From Candidatus Liptonbacteria bacterium (lineage in GTDB: Bacteria > Patescibacteriota > Minisyncoccia > UBA6257 > 2-01-FULL-56-20), in NCBI GenBank assembly GCA_016186635.1, contig JACPLI010000003.1, forward strand, positions 1 to 58,907: a stretch of DNA of 58,907 nt, written 5' to 3'. How positions within the stretch are numbered: the stretch's first letter is position 1; every line of letters starts with the position of its first letter. Shown in pieces: positions 28,226 through 38,217 of the stretch. The notes below the pieces were generated by a model that was given only the letters and a program-made list of their open reading frames with translations, was not told the DNA's origin and did no database searches. The position numbers and the translations under genes are program-made.

Positions 28226-29086
28226 ATGAATCTGAAGAGCGTGGGTGTACAACTCAACGCGCGGTGGCGGGCGGTGCGTGGCGCCGCAGAGGGGCATATC
28301 CCGATGCGATACCTTCCGCAGTATTGTACCCACTCTTCCCGAGTGTGGACGCCGGAGTCGAAGAAGGCGTATATGGATTATCTCGATGTGCTCGCCAAAA
28401 GAAAATGCGGTGCGGAGCGCGCAGAGGCATTCCTCAAAGAGTGGCATATCGGCAGGGCGAGTTTTGCCGAGGCATATAATTTATACGAGCAAGTCTACGT
28501 GAAAGACCAGTACCACGCACGGGACCATATGAAGCCGGATGCCGTCGTCGTGGACGTGGGCGCGAATCTCGGATTTTTCGCGCGCCTCGCCGCGGAGCTT
28601 GCGCCGAAGGGACAGGTATACGCATTCGAGCCGGTGCCGAGCACGTTCGCGCTGCTCCAGAAAAATGCGCCGCAGGCGCTCTCGGTGATAAAAGGGCTGG
28701 GGGCAACCACCGAGAAGAAAAAAATATTTACTTCCGACATCTCGATGGATTGCTCGGTGCTCGCCGACAGCCCGCATGTGGGCGCAAAAAATGATGATTA
28801 TTCCAATGTGGAGGAGGTTGCGCTCACCTCCCTAGACGAGTTCGTCGCGGAGCGGAAACTCTCACGGGTGGATTTCATAAAAATAGATATCGAAGGGTAT
28901 GAACGCTTCGCGCTTGAGGGCGCGCGTGCAACGCTCACGAAGTGGAAGCCCGTGGTTGCGGTTTCCGCGTACCACAATCCTGACGACAAAACAGTGCTTC
29001 CGGCGCTCATGGCGTCCATTGACCCTTCCTATAGGTATACCATAAGCACCGACGGCGACGAGGATTTTATCTTTTCGGTGAGATGA
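28226..29086 (+). CDS. FkbM family methyltransferase
   Basis: VDVGANLG, AFEP, KIDIEGYE; upstream promoter TTGCGC-N17-TAGAAT. Confidence 0.87.
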   Translation: MNLKSVGVQLNARWRAVRGAAEGHIPMRYLPQYCTHSSRVWTPESKKAYMDYLDVLAKRKCGAERAEAFLKEWHIGRASFAEAYNLYEQVYVKDQYHARDHMKPDAVVVDVGANLGFFARLAAELAPKGQVYAFEPVPSTFALLQKNAPQALSVIKGLGATTEKKKIFTSDISMDCSVLADSPHVGAKNDDYSNVEEVALTSLDEFVAERKLSRVDFIKIDIEGYERFALEGARATLTKWKPVVAVSAYHNPDDKTVLPALMASIDPSYRYTISTDGDEDFIFSVR

Positions 29087-30042
29087 CCGCACGAGCACGG
29101 CCATGGTGGTTTCGCGGTGCGGGAACGTTCTACAGCAGAGCCGTGCGTTTTTTGAGCGGGAGGGGATTGTCACGATTCATGCTTCTTCGAAAACTCAACA
29201 CGTTTTTGGGTGCGTATTTCAGGAGCCGCGTGCCGGAGTTCGTGCTTCTCTTCGGAAACAAATTTTACCTCGACGGGGGAGACATCCTGGGGCTTTCGTT
29301 CGCCCTCTATGAGAAGGGTGTGGTGGACATGGTTCGGAACAACCTTCGCGAAGGGGACGTGTTTGTGGATGTGGGCGCGAATATCGGCTACTTTACCGTG
29401 ATTGCGGCGGGCGCGCTCAAAGGGAGCGGACATGTGTATGCGTTCGAGCCTGACCGGGAAAACTTTTTGCTCATGGAGAAAAACGTGCACGCGAACGGCT
29501 TTGCGAACGTAACACTCGAGCAGCGGGTTGTTTCCGAGCGCACCGGGCCGGTGCGGCTTTTCCTTTCGAAGTACAACAGGGGAGACCACCGGATGTACGA
29601 CCCCGAGGCGTCTCCTGCGTATCGGGAAGAGGAGCACGAGAGTTTTGACCAGCATACGCTCGAGGACAGGCGGCGGGCAGTTCCGGTGCCGGCAGTCGCA
29701 TTAGATGAGTATTTTGGCAGTCGCCCCGCCGCCTATTTCGTCAAAATTGACGTGCAGGGCGCCGAGGGCGCGGTACTCAAAGGCGCGCGCACGGTGCTCT
29801 CGGGCGCCCCTCGGGCAATCGTGGTAATGGAATTTTGGCCGAGAGGGATGGGGCTCTCCGGCATTGGTGCCGATGCGGCATTCGCGATGCTCAAGGAGTA
29901 TGGATTTTCGAAAATTTACCGGCTCGATGAGCGTCCGCAGAAATGGTCGGAGACCACGTTTGACGCGTTCGCGGCGTTCTACCGCGCGCATGAACGGAGT
30001 TCGATGTATGTCTGTGTCGCGAAGGAAGATATCATATTATGA
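29083..30042 (+). CDS. FkbM family methyltransferase
   Basis: VDVGANIG, AFEP, KIDVQGAE, MEFWP. Confidence 0.87.
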   Translation: MTARARPWWFRGAGTFYSRAVRFLSGRGLSRFMLLRKLNTFLGAYFRSRVPEFVLLFGNKFYLDGGDILGLSFALYEKGVVDMVRNNLREGDVFVDVGANIGYFTVIAAGALKGSGHVYAFEPDRENFLLMEKNVHANGFANVTLEQRVVSERTGPVRLFLSKYNRGDHRMYDPEASPAYREEEHESFDQHTLEDRRRAVPVPAVALDEYFGSRPAAYFVKIDVQGAEGAVLKGARTVLSGAPRAIVVMEFWPRGMGLSGIGADAAFAMLKEYGFSKIYRLDERPQKWSETTFDAFAAFYRAHERSSMYVCVAKEDIIL

Positions 30043-31082
30043 AAATACTCTACAGCGGCGTCCAGTATGCGAACTACGCTCCGCACAAGGGATTAAGCTT
30101 TGAGCATCGCAATTTTTGCTCCGCGCTCACGGCGATGCCTGGGGTGGAAGTTGTGTACGTGCCCTTCGACAGGATTCTCGAAGTCGGCACAAAGAAGTTC
30201 AATGAGGAGCTCCTCGAAGCCGTCCGCAGGGAGAAGCCGGATCTATTCTTCTGTTTCATGTATTCGGAAGAGTTTGAGCAGGGGGTTCTAGCAGAAATGA
30301 GAAAGTACACCACAACTATGGCGTGGTTTGGCGACGACTACTGGAGGTTTTGGAATTACTCGAGGCGCTGGGCGCCGCATTTTGACTGGGTGGTGACGAC
30401 TTCTGCGGAGGCCGCTCGCTGGTACGCGGAGGTGGGACATATGAACGTCATCCATTCCCAATGGGCGTGCAACACGGCGGAGTATAAACCGGTGGCGCCT
30501 CCGCCGGAGAAAGACATTGAAGTGAGCTTTGTGGGGCAGAGGAGGTCGGGACGCGCCCGCATGGTCACCGCGCTCCGAGGCGCGGGTATTCACGTGGCGT
30601 GCTTCGGTTCCGGCTGGGAGAAGGGGAGAGTGTCGCACGAGGAGATGCTCCGCGTGTTCGGGCGGAGCGCCATTTCCCTCAATCTCGCCGAGCGGAAGCG
30701 GTTGTGGGACCCTTCGGTCGTCGCGAGGATTTTTTTGAAGAAGTCGGTGAATCGAATCGTTCCCGATTTCCATATTCTCGACAACCTCCGGGCGTGGCGG
30801 CACTTTTCGATTCCTCATATCCATGCGAGACCCTTCGAGCTCGCCGGCTGCCGTGCCTTCGTGCTCTCAAGCTATGTGGAAGGAATAGAAGCGTACTACG
30901 AGCCCGACAAGGAAATGGTGTTCTACCGAAGCGTGCCCGAGTGCATCGAAAAAATCCGCTACTTCCTTGCACACGAGGGAGAGCGGGAAGCGATTGCGCG
31001 CGCAGGGTACGAGCGCACCTTGCGCGACCACACGTGGGAGAAGCGATTTGGAGATATATTTGTTAGAATTGGGTTACGGTGA
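30039..31082 (+). CDS. CgeB-like glycosyltransferase (GT-B)
   Basis: WFGDD, VSFVG, SAISLN, RPFELAGC, GYERTLRDHTW. Confidence 0.8.
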   Translation: MKILYSGVQYANYAPHKGLSFEHRNFCSALTAMPGVEVVYVPFDRILEVGTKKFNEELLEAVRREKPDLFFCFMYSEEFEQGVLAEMRKYTTTMAWFGDDYWRFWNYSRRWAPHFDWVVTTSAEAARWYAEVGHMNVIHSQWACNTAEYKPVAPPPEKDIEVSFVGQRRSGRARMVTALRGAGIHVACFGSGWEKGRVSHEEMLRVFGRSAISLNLAERKRLWDPSVVARIFLKKSVNRIVPDFHILDNLRAWRHFSIPHIHARPFELAGCRAFVLSSYVEGIEAYYEPDKEMVFYRSVPECIEKIRYFLAHEGEREAIARAGYERTLRDHTWEKRFGDIFVRIGLR

Positions 31083-31193
31083 AACGGGGGCGAAGCCCGT
31101 ATCGGTTTACGTTTCAAGCTCTCTGCGGCTTGGGACGGGTTTAGCCGAAAGCCGAACGACAAGTGACGTTACGGGCATCGCCAACGTACAACC

Positions 31194-32078
31194 ATGACTA
31201 ATCCAAAGGTTTCCATCATCACCCCTGCCTACAACGCCGAGAAGTATATCGGCGAGGCAATCGAGAGCGTGCTCGCCCAGACCTACAAGGATTGGGAGCA
31301 TATCGTCGTTGTTGACGGAGGAACAACGGACGGGACGGCGGCTGTCGTACGGCGGTACGCGGCGCGCGACCCGCGGGTTATCTATCATTACGACAAAGAG
31401 CACAAGCGGATGGCATCCGCGCGGAACGTGGGCATCCGCCTCGCGCGCGGGGAATATATCGCGTTTCTTGATGCGGACAACGTGTTCTCTGAAACGAAGC
31501 TCGAGGCGCAAGCGGCGCACCTTGACTCCGACGGGTCCTGCGGCGTCTCCTACGGGAAGGTGCTCCATTTCTACGGCGGCGCGCGCGATGTCCTTTGGGA
31601 GAACAAAAACGAAGCGCCTCTGCGGACGGACCAGCTCCGCGGCCTCTTATGGAGGAACTCCATCAACCTTCTCGCCGTGCTGGTGCGAAAGGAGTGCTTT
31701 GACCGGTGGGGGGCGTTTCCGGAAGGGTGGGCGGCATGCGACGAGCACTACGTGTGGATTAATCTCGCATCCCGCGGGGTGCGCTTCTGCCACATCGAAA
31801 AGATGGTGGGGCTTTCCCGTCTTCACATTGCAAGCGACTCGCGGAGAAAGGACCACATTTTGGATACCGCAAATCTTTTTTTGAAGATGCTTGATAGTGT
31901 GGAGAAAACGCTCCCGCCGGAGCAGAAGCGAGAATATGGAAGAGATTTTAAGGGGCTGCGGCGAAGTTGGAAGATAAAGCGTTTTATAGGAATCTTGCTT
32001 AACAATCGGTTCACGTCTCCATTGCTCCTGCCGCTCTACCTTGCGCGGCGCGAGAGAACATATGCGAAGGTTTCTTGA
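31194..32078 (+). CDS. Glycosyltransferase family 2
   Basis: VSIITPAYN, VDGG.TD, ARN.G, FLDAD. Confidence 0.9.
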   Translation: MTNPKVSIITPAYNAEKYIGEAIESVLAQTYKDWEHIVVVDGGTTDGTAAVVRRYAARDPRVIYHYDKEHKRMASARNVGIRLARGEYIAFLDADNVFSETKLEAQAAHLDSDGSCGVSYGKVLHFYGGARDVLWENKNEAPLRTDQLRGLLWRNSINLLAVLVRKECFDRWGAFPEGWAACDEHYVWINLASRGVRFCHIEKMVGLSRLHIASDSRRKDHILDTANLFLKMLDSVEKTLPPEQKREYGRDFKGLRRSWKIKRFIGILLNNRFTSPLLLPLYLARRERTYAKVS

Positions 32079-32109
32079 AGCGTGGCTCTATTTGCGGTAA
32101 GCTGTTCCC

Positions 32110-32940
32110 ATGGTCAGAACTTCCAAAGTCGCCCTTATTACCGGTGGCTCCGGCGGCATCGGCCGGACGGTTGCACGCGAACTCGCGCATAAAGGGTATA
32201 GAGTGGCGCTGGTAGACCGGAGCAAGCGCGAGCTTGCGTCCGTGCTCCGACTGATCCGGAAGGGAGGGGGCGACGCGCGCGCCGTCGCCGCCGACGTTTC
32301 GCGCCCTAAGGATGTCCGGCGCGCGGTCGCGGGAATACTCCAGTCACTCGGCCGCATTGACGTGCTCGTGAACTGCGCGGGCATTCAGGCGCCCATCGGT
32401 TCCTTCGCCGCGACCAAGCTTTCGGACTGGGAGTACAATCTCCGCGTGAATCTTTTTGGGACCGTGCATGCGGCGCACGCGGTGCTTCCCTCGATGGTGC
32501 GCCGGAAGGAAGGCGTGATTGTGAATTTCTCCGGAGGCGGTGCTACAGGGCCGCGCCCCAACTTTTCTGCATACGCGGTGGCTAAAATCGGAGTGGTGAA
32601 ATTCACGGAAATCCTTGCCGAGGAGCTCAAGGGCACGGGCGTGCGGGTGAACGCGGTGGCGCCCGGAGCGGTGAATACCGGCATGCTCAAGGAAGTGCTC
32701 CGCGCGGGTTCTCGGGCGGGCGCGAAGGAGCTTGCGGATGCGGAAAAGCGCGCGAAAGAAGGCGGCACGCCGCCCGAGCGGGTTGCGGGACTTATCGCGT
32801 TTCTTGCTTCTCCCAAAGCGCGGCTGCTCACGGGAAAACTCATCAGCGCGGTCTGGGACCCGTGGGAGAAGTGGACCCGGAAGGACATCGTGCGCATCGC
32901 CTCGACGGACATCTACACGCTCCGGCGAAGAACCGAATAG
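32110..32940 (+). CDS. SDR oxidoreductase (paralog of 38218-39048)
   Basis: TGGSGGIG, NCAG, FSAYAVAK, APGAVNT. Confidence 0.87.
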   Translation: MVRTSKVALITGGSGGIGRTVARELAHKGYRVALVDRSKRELASVLRLIRKGGGDARAVAADVSRPKDVRRAVAGILQSLGRIDVLVNCAGIQAPIGSFAATKLSDWEYNLRVNLFGTVHAAHAVLPSMVRRKEGVIVNFSGGGATGPRPNFSAYAVAKIGVVKFTEILAEELKGTGVRVNAVAPGAVNTGMLKEVLRAGSRAGAKELADAEKRAKEGGTPPERVAGLIAFLASPKARLLTGKLISAVWDPWEKWTRKDIVRIASTDIYTLRRRTE

Positions 32941-32941
32941 T

Positions 32942-33892
32942 ATGGAAAAGAAAAAGATTCTTGTAACGGGAGTCGCGGGTTTCATGGGCAGCAACCTCGC
33001 GGACCGCCTCCTTGCTGCAGGCCATCGTGTGGTTGGAATAGACAATTTGGAATACGGCCGCAAAGAACAGGTTGCGGAAGGAGTGGAGTTCCATAAAGCG
33101 GATATTCGCTCGAAAGAGATATACCCGCTCTTTGAAGGGGTGGATGCGGTGTTCCATCTCGCCGCGAAAAATTGCCTTCCGGATTGTCAGGCAGACCCGG
33201 TTGCTACCATGGACATCAATGTGACGGGCACCGCGAACGTGTTTGAGGCCGCGCGCCGCGCGAAAGTGCCCCGTACGCTCTATGCGGAGTCTTCTGCCGT
33301 GGAGGAAGGGGATGACCGGTTGAAAGGTTTTTACGCCATCTCCAAATTGGCAGACGGCAAAATCGCGGAGGGGTACCGCGCCGAGTTCGGGCTCGATATC
33401 GTAGGGCTCCGGTATTTCAATCTCTATGGCCCGCGCCAGGATTATCGAAGAAAATCTCCTCCCGTGATGAGCAAACTCATCATCACTTTTCTGAAAGGGG
33501 AGCAGTCCCTCGACCGTGAGCTCGGGGCCGAACGGCCGGTAGTCTTTGAGGGGGATGAAGACAATAAAAGGGATTTTATTTATGTGGACGACGTGAATGA
33601 TTTTCATATGCTCTGCCTCACGGACGGGAGAGTGAAGAATAAACTCTTCCGGCTGGGGAGCGGGAGGTCTACTTCCGTAAAGGAGGTGTATGACACCATT
33701 GTGAAACTTATGGGTGTGCAGCCGAACCCGATAGCGAAACCGCGCCCGCCGGGAGACCCCGTGGTGGCGACACTCGCGGACTGGAGCGAAGCCGGGAAAC
33801 TCGGCTGGAAACCGAAGACCTCGCTCGAAGACGGGCTCCGCGCGCAAATTGAGTGGATGCGGGAGGAGTTCAAAAAAGGAAACATTCGGTAA
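32942..33892 (+). CDS. NAD-dependent NDP-sugar epimerase/dehydratase
   Basis: GVAGFMG, HLAA, YAISK, RYFNLYGPRQ, RDFIYV. Confidence 0.85.
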   Translation: MEKKKILVTGVAGFMGSNLADRLLAAGHRVVGIDNLEYGRKEQVAEGVEFHKADIRSKEIYPLFEGVDAVFHLAAKNCLPDCQADPVATMDINVTGTANVFEAARRAKVPRTLYAESSAVEEGDDRLKGFYAISKLADGKIAEGYRAEFGLDIVGLRYFNLYGPRQDYRRKSPPVMSKLIITFLKGEQSLDRELGAERPVVFEGDEDNKRDFIYVDDVNDFHMLCLTDGRVKNKLFRLGSGRSTSVKEVYDTIVKLMGVQPNPIAKPRPPGDPVVATLADWSEAGKLGWKPKTSLEDGLRAQIEWMREEFKKGNIR

Positions 33893-33956
33893 TTGGAAAT
33901 TGAGTAATTGGTAATTGGGAATTGTTTAGAAATTAGTAATTAGAAATTAGATATTG
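33890..33956. repeat. Heptamer-periodic AT-rich tract (solo right arm of family B)
   Basis: AATTGG/AATTAG units; shares TTGTTTAG..AATTAGAAATTAG with the B1 right arm. Confidence 0.65.
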
Positions 33957-33969
33957 TATATTCCTATCT

Positions 33970-34956
33970 ATGATTATTACCCGTACGCCGTTTCGAGTAA
34001 CGCTCGGAGGAGGAGGCACCGACTTGCCTTCCTACTACGAAAAGCACGGCGGCTTCATTTTCTCCGCCGGCCTCGACAAGTATATGTTCGCGAGCGTGAG
34101 CCGCCCCATGGAAGATGATTTGATTCGGCTGAAGTACAGCGAAGCGGAGTACGTTGCGAGCGTGAGCGAAGTGAAGCATACGATTTTCCGCGAGATTCTC
34201 CGCTTTATGGGCATCGAGAAACAGATTGAGATTTCCACCGTTGCCGACGTGTCAGCTGGCACGGGGCTCGGCTCGTCGAGTTGTTTTACCGTTGCCGTGC
34301 TTCATGCACTCCACACTTTGAAGCGCGACTATGTCTCGCTCCAGACGATTGCCGAGGAAGATTTCACGATAGAGAACGGTATCCTCAAGCGTCCGATTGG
34401 CAAGCAGGATCCCTACATGGCCGCGTTCGGGGGGCTCACGGTTTTGGAGATTGCGAAGGATGGCACGGTCAAGGTCCGTAAGGCGAATGTGGCGCAGGAA
34501 ACGGCTGACGCGCTGAATCGCAACATGCTTATGTTCTTCACCGGCGTCAGGAGGAGTGCGGATACCATTCTCGCCGAGCAAACGAAGGGGATGAAGGAAG
34601 AGAAGAAAGACGTCATGGAAAGCATGCGTTACATTGAGGAAATCGGACGCCAAATCCTCGAGGCGGTGGAGGGCGACGACGTGGATGCGGTGGGGCGGCT
34701 TTTCGACGCGCACTGGCAGCACAAGAAGCGCACGTCGGCGAAAATGTCGAACCCGGAATTCGATACAATTTATGAAACCGCGAAGGCGGCGGGCGCCTTG
34801 GGCGGCAAGATTTCCGGCGCGGGCGGCGGGGGATTCTTTACGTTCTATGTTCCCGAGAAGCACAAAGAATTCCGCGAAGCGATGAAGCAGTTCGGCGTGC
34901 GGGAGATGCATTATCGGTTTGATTACGAAGGTTCAAAAGTGCTTGTGGACTTGTGA
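33970..34956 (+). CDS. GHMP sugar-phosphate kinase (HddA/LmbP-like)
   Basis: RTPFRVTLGGGGTDLPSYY, GLGSS, GKQD, GGKISGAGGGG. Confidence 0.9.
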   Translation: MIITRTPFRVTLGGGGTDLPSYYEKHGGFIFSAGLDKYMFASVSRPMEDDLIRLKYSEAEYVASVSEVKHTIFREILRFMGIEKQIEISTVADVSAGTGLGSSSCFTVAVLHALHTLKRDYVSLQTIAEEDFTIENGILKRPIGKQDPYMAAFGGLTVLEIAKDGTVKVRKANVAQETADALNRNMLMFFTGVRRSADTILAEQTKGMKEEKKDVMESMRYIEEIGRQILEAVEGDDVDAVGRLFDAHWQHKKRTSAKMSNPEFDTIYETAKAAGALGGKISGAGGGGFFTFYVPEKHKEFREAMKQFGVREMHYRFDYEGSKVLVDL

Positions 34957-34989
34957 AATATCGATATATCGACATATCAAAATTTTAAA

Positions 34990-35745
34990 ATGCCAGAGTC
35001 TCCCAAAAAAGCGCACGAGTTGCGCATTAAAATTTTTGCGGACGGCGCGGAGAAAGCAAGCATGGTGGAGCTTGCGAGCAAACCTCATATCAAAGGGCTC
35101 ACCACCAATCCTACGCTCATGCGCAAGGCGGGCGTGCTCGACTACGCCGCGTTTGCGAAAGACGTCCTCGCCGCGATTAAAGACAAACCCATTTCCTTCG
35201 AGGTGTTTTCCGATGACTTCAAGGAGATGGAGCGGCAGGCGGGTATTATTGCGGGATGGGCAACGAATGTGTATGTAAAAATCCCCATCACGAATACGAA
35301 GGGAGCGTCTTCGGTGCCGCTCGTGAAGCGCCTTGTGGCGCGGGGCGTGAAAGTGAATGTGACGGCGCTCCTCACGGGGAGCCAGGTGGAAGAAGTCGCG
35401 AAGGTGTTGTCTCCGAAGATTCCTTCCATCGTCTCGGTTTTCGCGGGGCGCATCGCGGACACAGGAAGGGACCCGCTTCCCTATATGGAAGAGGCGAAGC
35501 GAATTCTCGCGCCGAATCCCGCCGCGGAGCTCTTGTGGGCAAGCACGCGCGAGCTCTTGAATATTGTGCAGGCGGAAAAACTCGGGTGTCACATTATCAC
35601 CGCCACCCCCGACATTTTGAAGAAACTGGAGAAATTGCACTATGACTTGAGCCGGCTTTCGCTTGAAACGGTGCAGATGTTTTATGACGACGGGCAAAAA
35701 GTGGGGTATAAACTGTATGAAATTGAGTCGCCAAAGCAAGGTTAA
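34990..35745 (+). CDS. Transaldolase, small family (LmbR-like candidate)
   Basis: TTNPTL, VYVKIP (Schiff-base Lys), VNVT, VSVFAGRIAD, LWASTRE. Confidence 0.9.
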   Translation: MPESPKKAHELRIKIFADGAEKASMVELASKPHIKGLTTNPTLMRKAGVLDYAAFAKDVLAAIKDKPISFEVFSDDFKEMERQAGIIAGWATNVYVKIPITNTKGASSVPLVKRLVARGVKVNVTALLTGSQVEEVAKVLSPKIPSIVSVFAGRIADTGRDPLPYMEEAKRILAPNPAAELLWASTRELLNIVQAEKLGCHIITATPDILKKLEKLHYDLSRLSLETVQMFYDDGQKVGYKLYEIESPKQG

Positions 35746-35773
35746 ACCTTGATATGTGAAAAGGTTTAACCTT
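35738..35773. repeat. Paired REP-like palindromes AAGGTTAAACCTT / AAGGTTTAACCTT
   Basis: Two 13-bp palindromes that are reverse complements of each other; the first supplies the transaldolase stop codon. Confidence 0.7.
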
Positions 35774-35781
35774 TGAACTGC

Positions 35782-37080
35782 ATGACTAAGATTGGCGTTA
35801 TCGGCCTCTGGCATCTCGGCGAAGTGTACTCCGCCGGGTTTGCGGAACTTGGCCACACGGTGGTGGGGATAAGCGAGGATGCGGGCGTAATCGAGAACTT
35901 TGACAGAAATGTCCCGCCGCTCGCGGAACCGCGCCTTGCGGAGCTTATTGCAAAGCACCGCGCCGCAGGCCGGCTTGCCTACACGACACGCTGGGACTCT
36001 CTTAGCGGATGCGACGTGGTCTGGCTTGCGTTTGATACGCCGGTTGATGAAAGGGACGATGCAGATGTGTCGGTGATTATGGGCGCGGTGAAAAAAGCGA
36101 TTCCCCGCCTCCAGCACGGCGTATTGCTTGGAGCGTCGAGCCAGCTTCCCGTCGGGACGTCAAAAAGAATTTGTGACATGATACGGACCACGAGGCCGGA
36201 GCTGAAATTCGAGTACGTCTATGTGCCGGAGAACCTCCGTCTGGGAGACGCGGTGCGGGGCTTCCTCGAGCCGGAGCGGCTCGTCATCGGAGCGGATACT
36301 CCGGAAGCGCTCGCCCGCGCGCGCGCATTGTTCGCGCCTTTGAACGCGAACATTGTTTCCGTGTCGGTGCCTTCAGCGGAACTCGGGAAGCACGCCATGA
36401 ACGCGTTTCTTGCCGCTTGTATCAGCTTTGCGAATGACATCGCGGACGTCTCGGAGAAAGTAGGCGGCGACGTCGAGGATGTGATGCGGGTCTTGAAGTC
36501 CGACCCGCGCGTGGGCCCCAAAGCGTATCTCTTCGCGGGACTGGGATTCTCCGGCGGCACGCTTGCGCGCGACCTCACGGCGCTCATCCGCACGGGAGAA
36601 CGGGAGCACATTTCCCTTCCGGTAATTCAAGGAGTGCTTGAGAAGAACCGCACGAGAAACCTGCTCGTGAAAACCCGGCTTGAGGAGCAATGGGGGAGTG
36701 TGCAGGGCAAGGTGCTCGCCCTTTTTGGTTTGACCTACAAGGGCGGGACCCCCACGCTCCGGCGTTCGCAGGCGCTCGAGGTGGAGAAGATGCTCCGCGA
36801 GGCGGGCGCCACGCTCCGGCTTTACGACTCGCTTGCGAGCGAGGAGGAGGTGAGGGCGGCAACCCCCTCGCCGTTTTGGAGGGACCCGTACGTTGCCGCA
36901 GAAGGCGCGGACGCGGCGCTCGTGATGACCCCCTCGAGAGAGTTCAAGATGCTTGATTTTGCAAAACTGAAGTCTGTCATGCGCATACCCGTTCTTTTTG
37001 ACACGCAGAATGTCTTATGCGACAAAGAGAAAGATATCAAAGCTGCGGGAATCACCTATTTGAGTATTGGGAGGCAATGA
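35782..37080 (+). CDS. UDP-glucose/GDP-mannose dehydrogenase family protein lacking the catalytic Cys (LmbL-like candidate)
   Basis: GLWHLG, DTP, PENLRLG, SAELGKHAMN, DPRVG; GLGFSGGTLARD instead of GGSCFPKD. Confidence 0.85.
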   Translation: MTKIGVIGLWHLGEVYSAGFAELGHTVVGISEDAGVIENFDRNVPPLAEPRLAELIAKHRAAGRLAYTTRWDSLSGCDVVWLAFDTPVDERDDADVSVIMGAVKKAIPRLQHGVLLGASSQLPVGTSKRICDMIRTTRPELKFEYVYVPENLRLGDAVRGFLEPERLVIGADTPEALARARALFAPLNANIVSVSVPSAELGKHAMNAFLAACISFANDIADVSEKVGGDVEDVMRVLKSDPRVGPKAYLFAGLGFSGGTLARDLTALIRTGEREHISLPVIQGVLEKNRTRNLLVKTRLEEQWGSVQGKVLALFGLTYKGGTPTLRRSQALEVEKMLREAGATLRLYDSLASEEEVRAATPSPFWRDPYVAAEGADAALVMTPSREFKMLDFAKLKSVMRIPVLFDTQNVLCDKEKDIKAAGITYLSIGRQ

Positions 37081-37086
37081 ATTCTG

Positions 37087-37121
37087 GGAAGTCGGACTTC
37101 CTGAAGGAAGTCCGACTTCCT
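37087..37121. repeat. Paired REP-like palindromes GGAAGTC(G/C)GACTTCC, copy 1
   Basis: GGAAGTCGGACTTCC-TGA-AGGAAGTCCGACTTCCT; second pair at 57825-57858. Confidence 0.75.
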
Positions 37122-37151
37122 AACGTTGATGCCAACAATTACAATTCATCA

Positions 37152-38147
37152 ATGATTAAGCTGGCTTTAGTAGGCGCAGGCGGCATCGGAAAAATCTGGG
37201 CGGATGCGCTTAAAAAAACCGACAAGTTTGCGCTCGCGGCGGTGGTGGATGTGGATGCCGCGAAAGCCAAGGCAATCGCGGACGCATTTCCGGGCGCGGC
37301 GGTGTATGGGGAAATTAAGGAAGCTCTTGCGAAAGGGGACTTCGAGGCGGTGGTGATTGCGACGCCGCATGCGTTCTTGGCGTCCGTCTCGTATGCCGCG
37401 CTCGTGGCGGGGAAGCACGTGCTCTGCGAGAAGCCGGCGGGCATCTCCTCGGCGGAGGTTGCGGAGAATATCGCCGTTGCGGAAAAAGCAAAGCGTGTGT
37501 ATATGATTGGGTTCAATCACCGCTACCACCCCGCGTATATGCAGGCGAAGGAAATTGCGGACAAGGGCGAAATCGGGAAAATTATCTGCGTGCGGGCGCG
37601 CTACGGCTTCGGCGGGCGCCCCGGGTACGAGAAAGAGTGGCGGTTCAACAAAAAAATAAGCGGCGGCGGGGAACTCATTGACCAGGGGATGCACATGATT
37701 GACATGGCGCGGTGGTTTATGGGCGACTTTGCGGATGTCTTAGGGTTTGCGGAAAACCTCTACTGGGGTGGCGAGGTGGAAGATAACGGTTTTCTCCTCT
37801 TGCGCACCGCCGACAAGCGCGTGGCGCAGATTCATGTGAGCTGGACGAATTGGGAGTGGGTGCATTCATTCGAGATTTTCGGCACGAAGGGGTATCTCTC
37901 GGTAGATGGGCTTGACAAGCGCTACCGAGGTCCCGAGAAGCTCACCGTGGGGAAGGTAGACCCGCAGTCGGGAAAGTTTCCGGTGGAAACGGTGACCCCA
38001 TTCCCCGAGGAGAAGAAAGAAGATTCCTTTGCGCGGGAGCTTGAGGAGTTTGCTGCGGTCATCGGAGGTACGATGGAGTTGAAGTCCAAAGGAGAGGATG
38101 TGGTTGAAGTGCTCAAAATCGTCGAGCGGGTTTATGATAAGAAGTAG
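37152..38147 (+). CDS. Gfo/Idh/MocA oxidoreductase (LmbZ-like candidate)
   Basis: GAGGIG, ATP, KHVLCEKP, GFNHRY, GGGELIDQGMH. Confidence 0.9.
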   Translation: MIKLALVGAGGIGKIWADALKKTDKFALAAVVDVDAAKAKAIADAFPGAAVYGEIKEALAKGDFEAVVIATPHAFLASVSYAALVAGKHVLCEKPAGISSAEVAENIAVAEKAKRVYMIGFNHRYHPAYMQAKEIADKGEIGKIICVRARYGFGGRPGYEKEWRFNKKISGGGELIDQGMHMIDMARWFMGDFADVLGFAENLYWGGEVEDNGFLLLRTADKRVAQIHVSWTNWEWVHSFEIFGTKGYLSVDGLDKRYRGPEKLTVGKVDPQSGKFPVETVTPFPEEKKEDSFARELEEFAAVIGGTMELKSKGEDVVEVLKIVERVYDKK

Positions 38148-38149
38148 TG

Positions 38150-38207
38150 TGTCATTCCCGCAGAAGCGGGAATCCAGTCCTGGATCCCCGCGTGCGTGAG
38201 GATGACA
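38150..38207. repeat. GTCATTCCCG..CGGGAATCC-type palindromic repeat (dRS3/RPE-like)
   Basis: TGTCATTCCCGCAGAAGCGGGAATCCAG...CTGGATCCCCGCG..GAGGATGACA contains ATTCCC-N8-GGGAAT. Confidence 0.7.
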
Positions 38208-38217
38208 AAATACCCCA

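Noticed and set aside
31083-31193. Small hairpins in the spacer before the GT2 gene as a riboswitch
   Set aside because: Stems are short, there is no second copy in the window, and no recognisable aptamer consensus.
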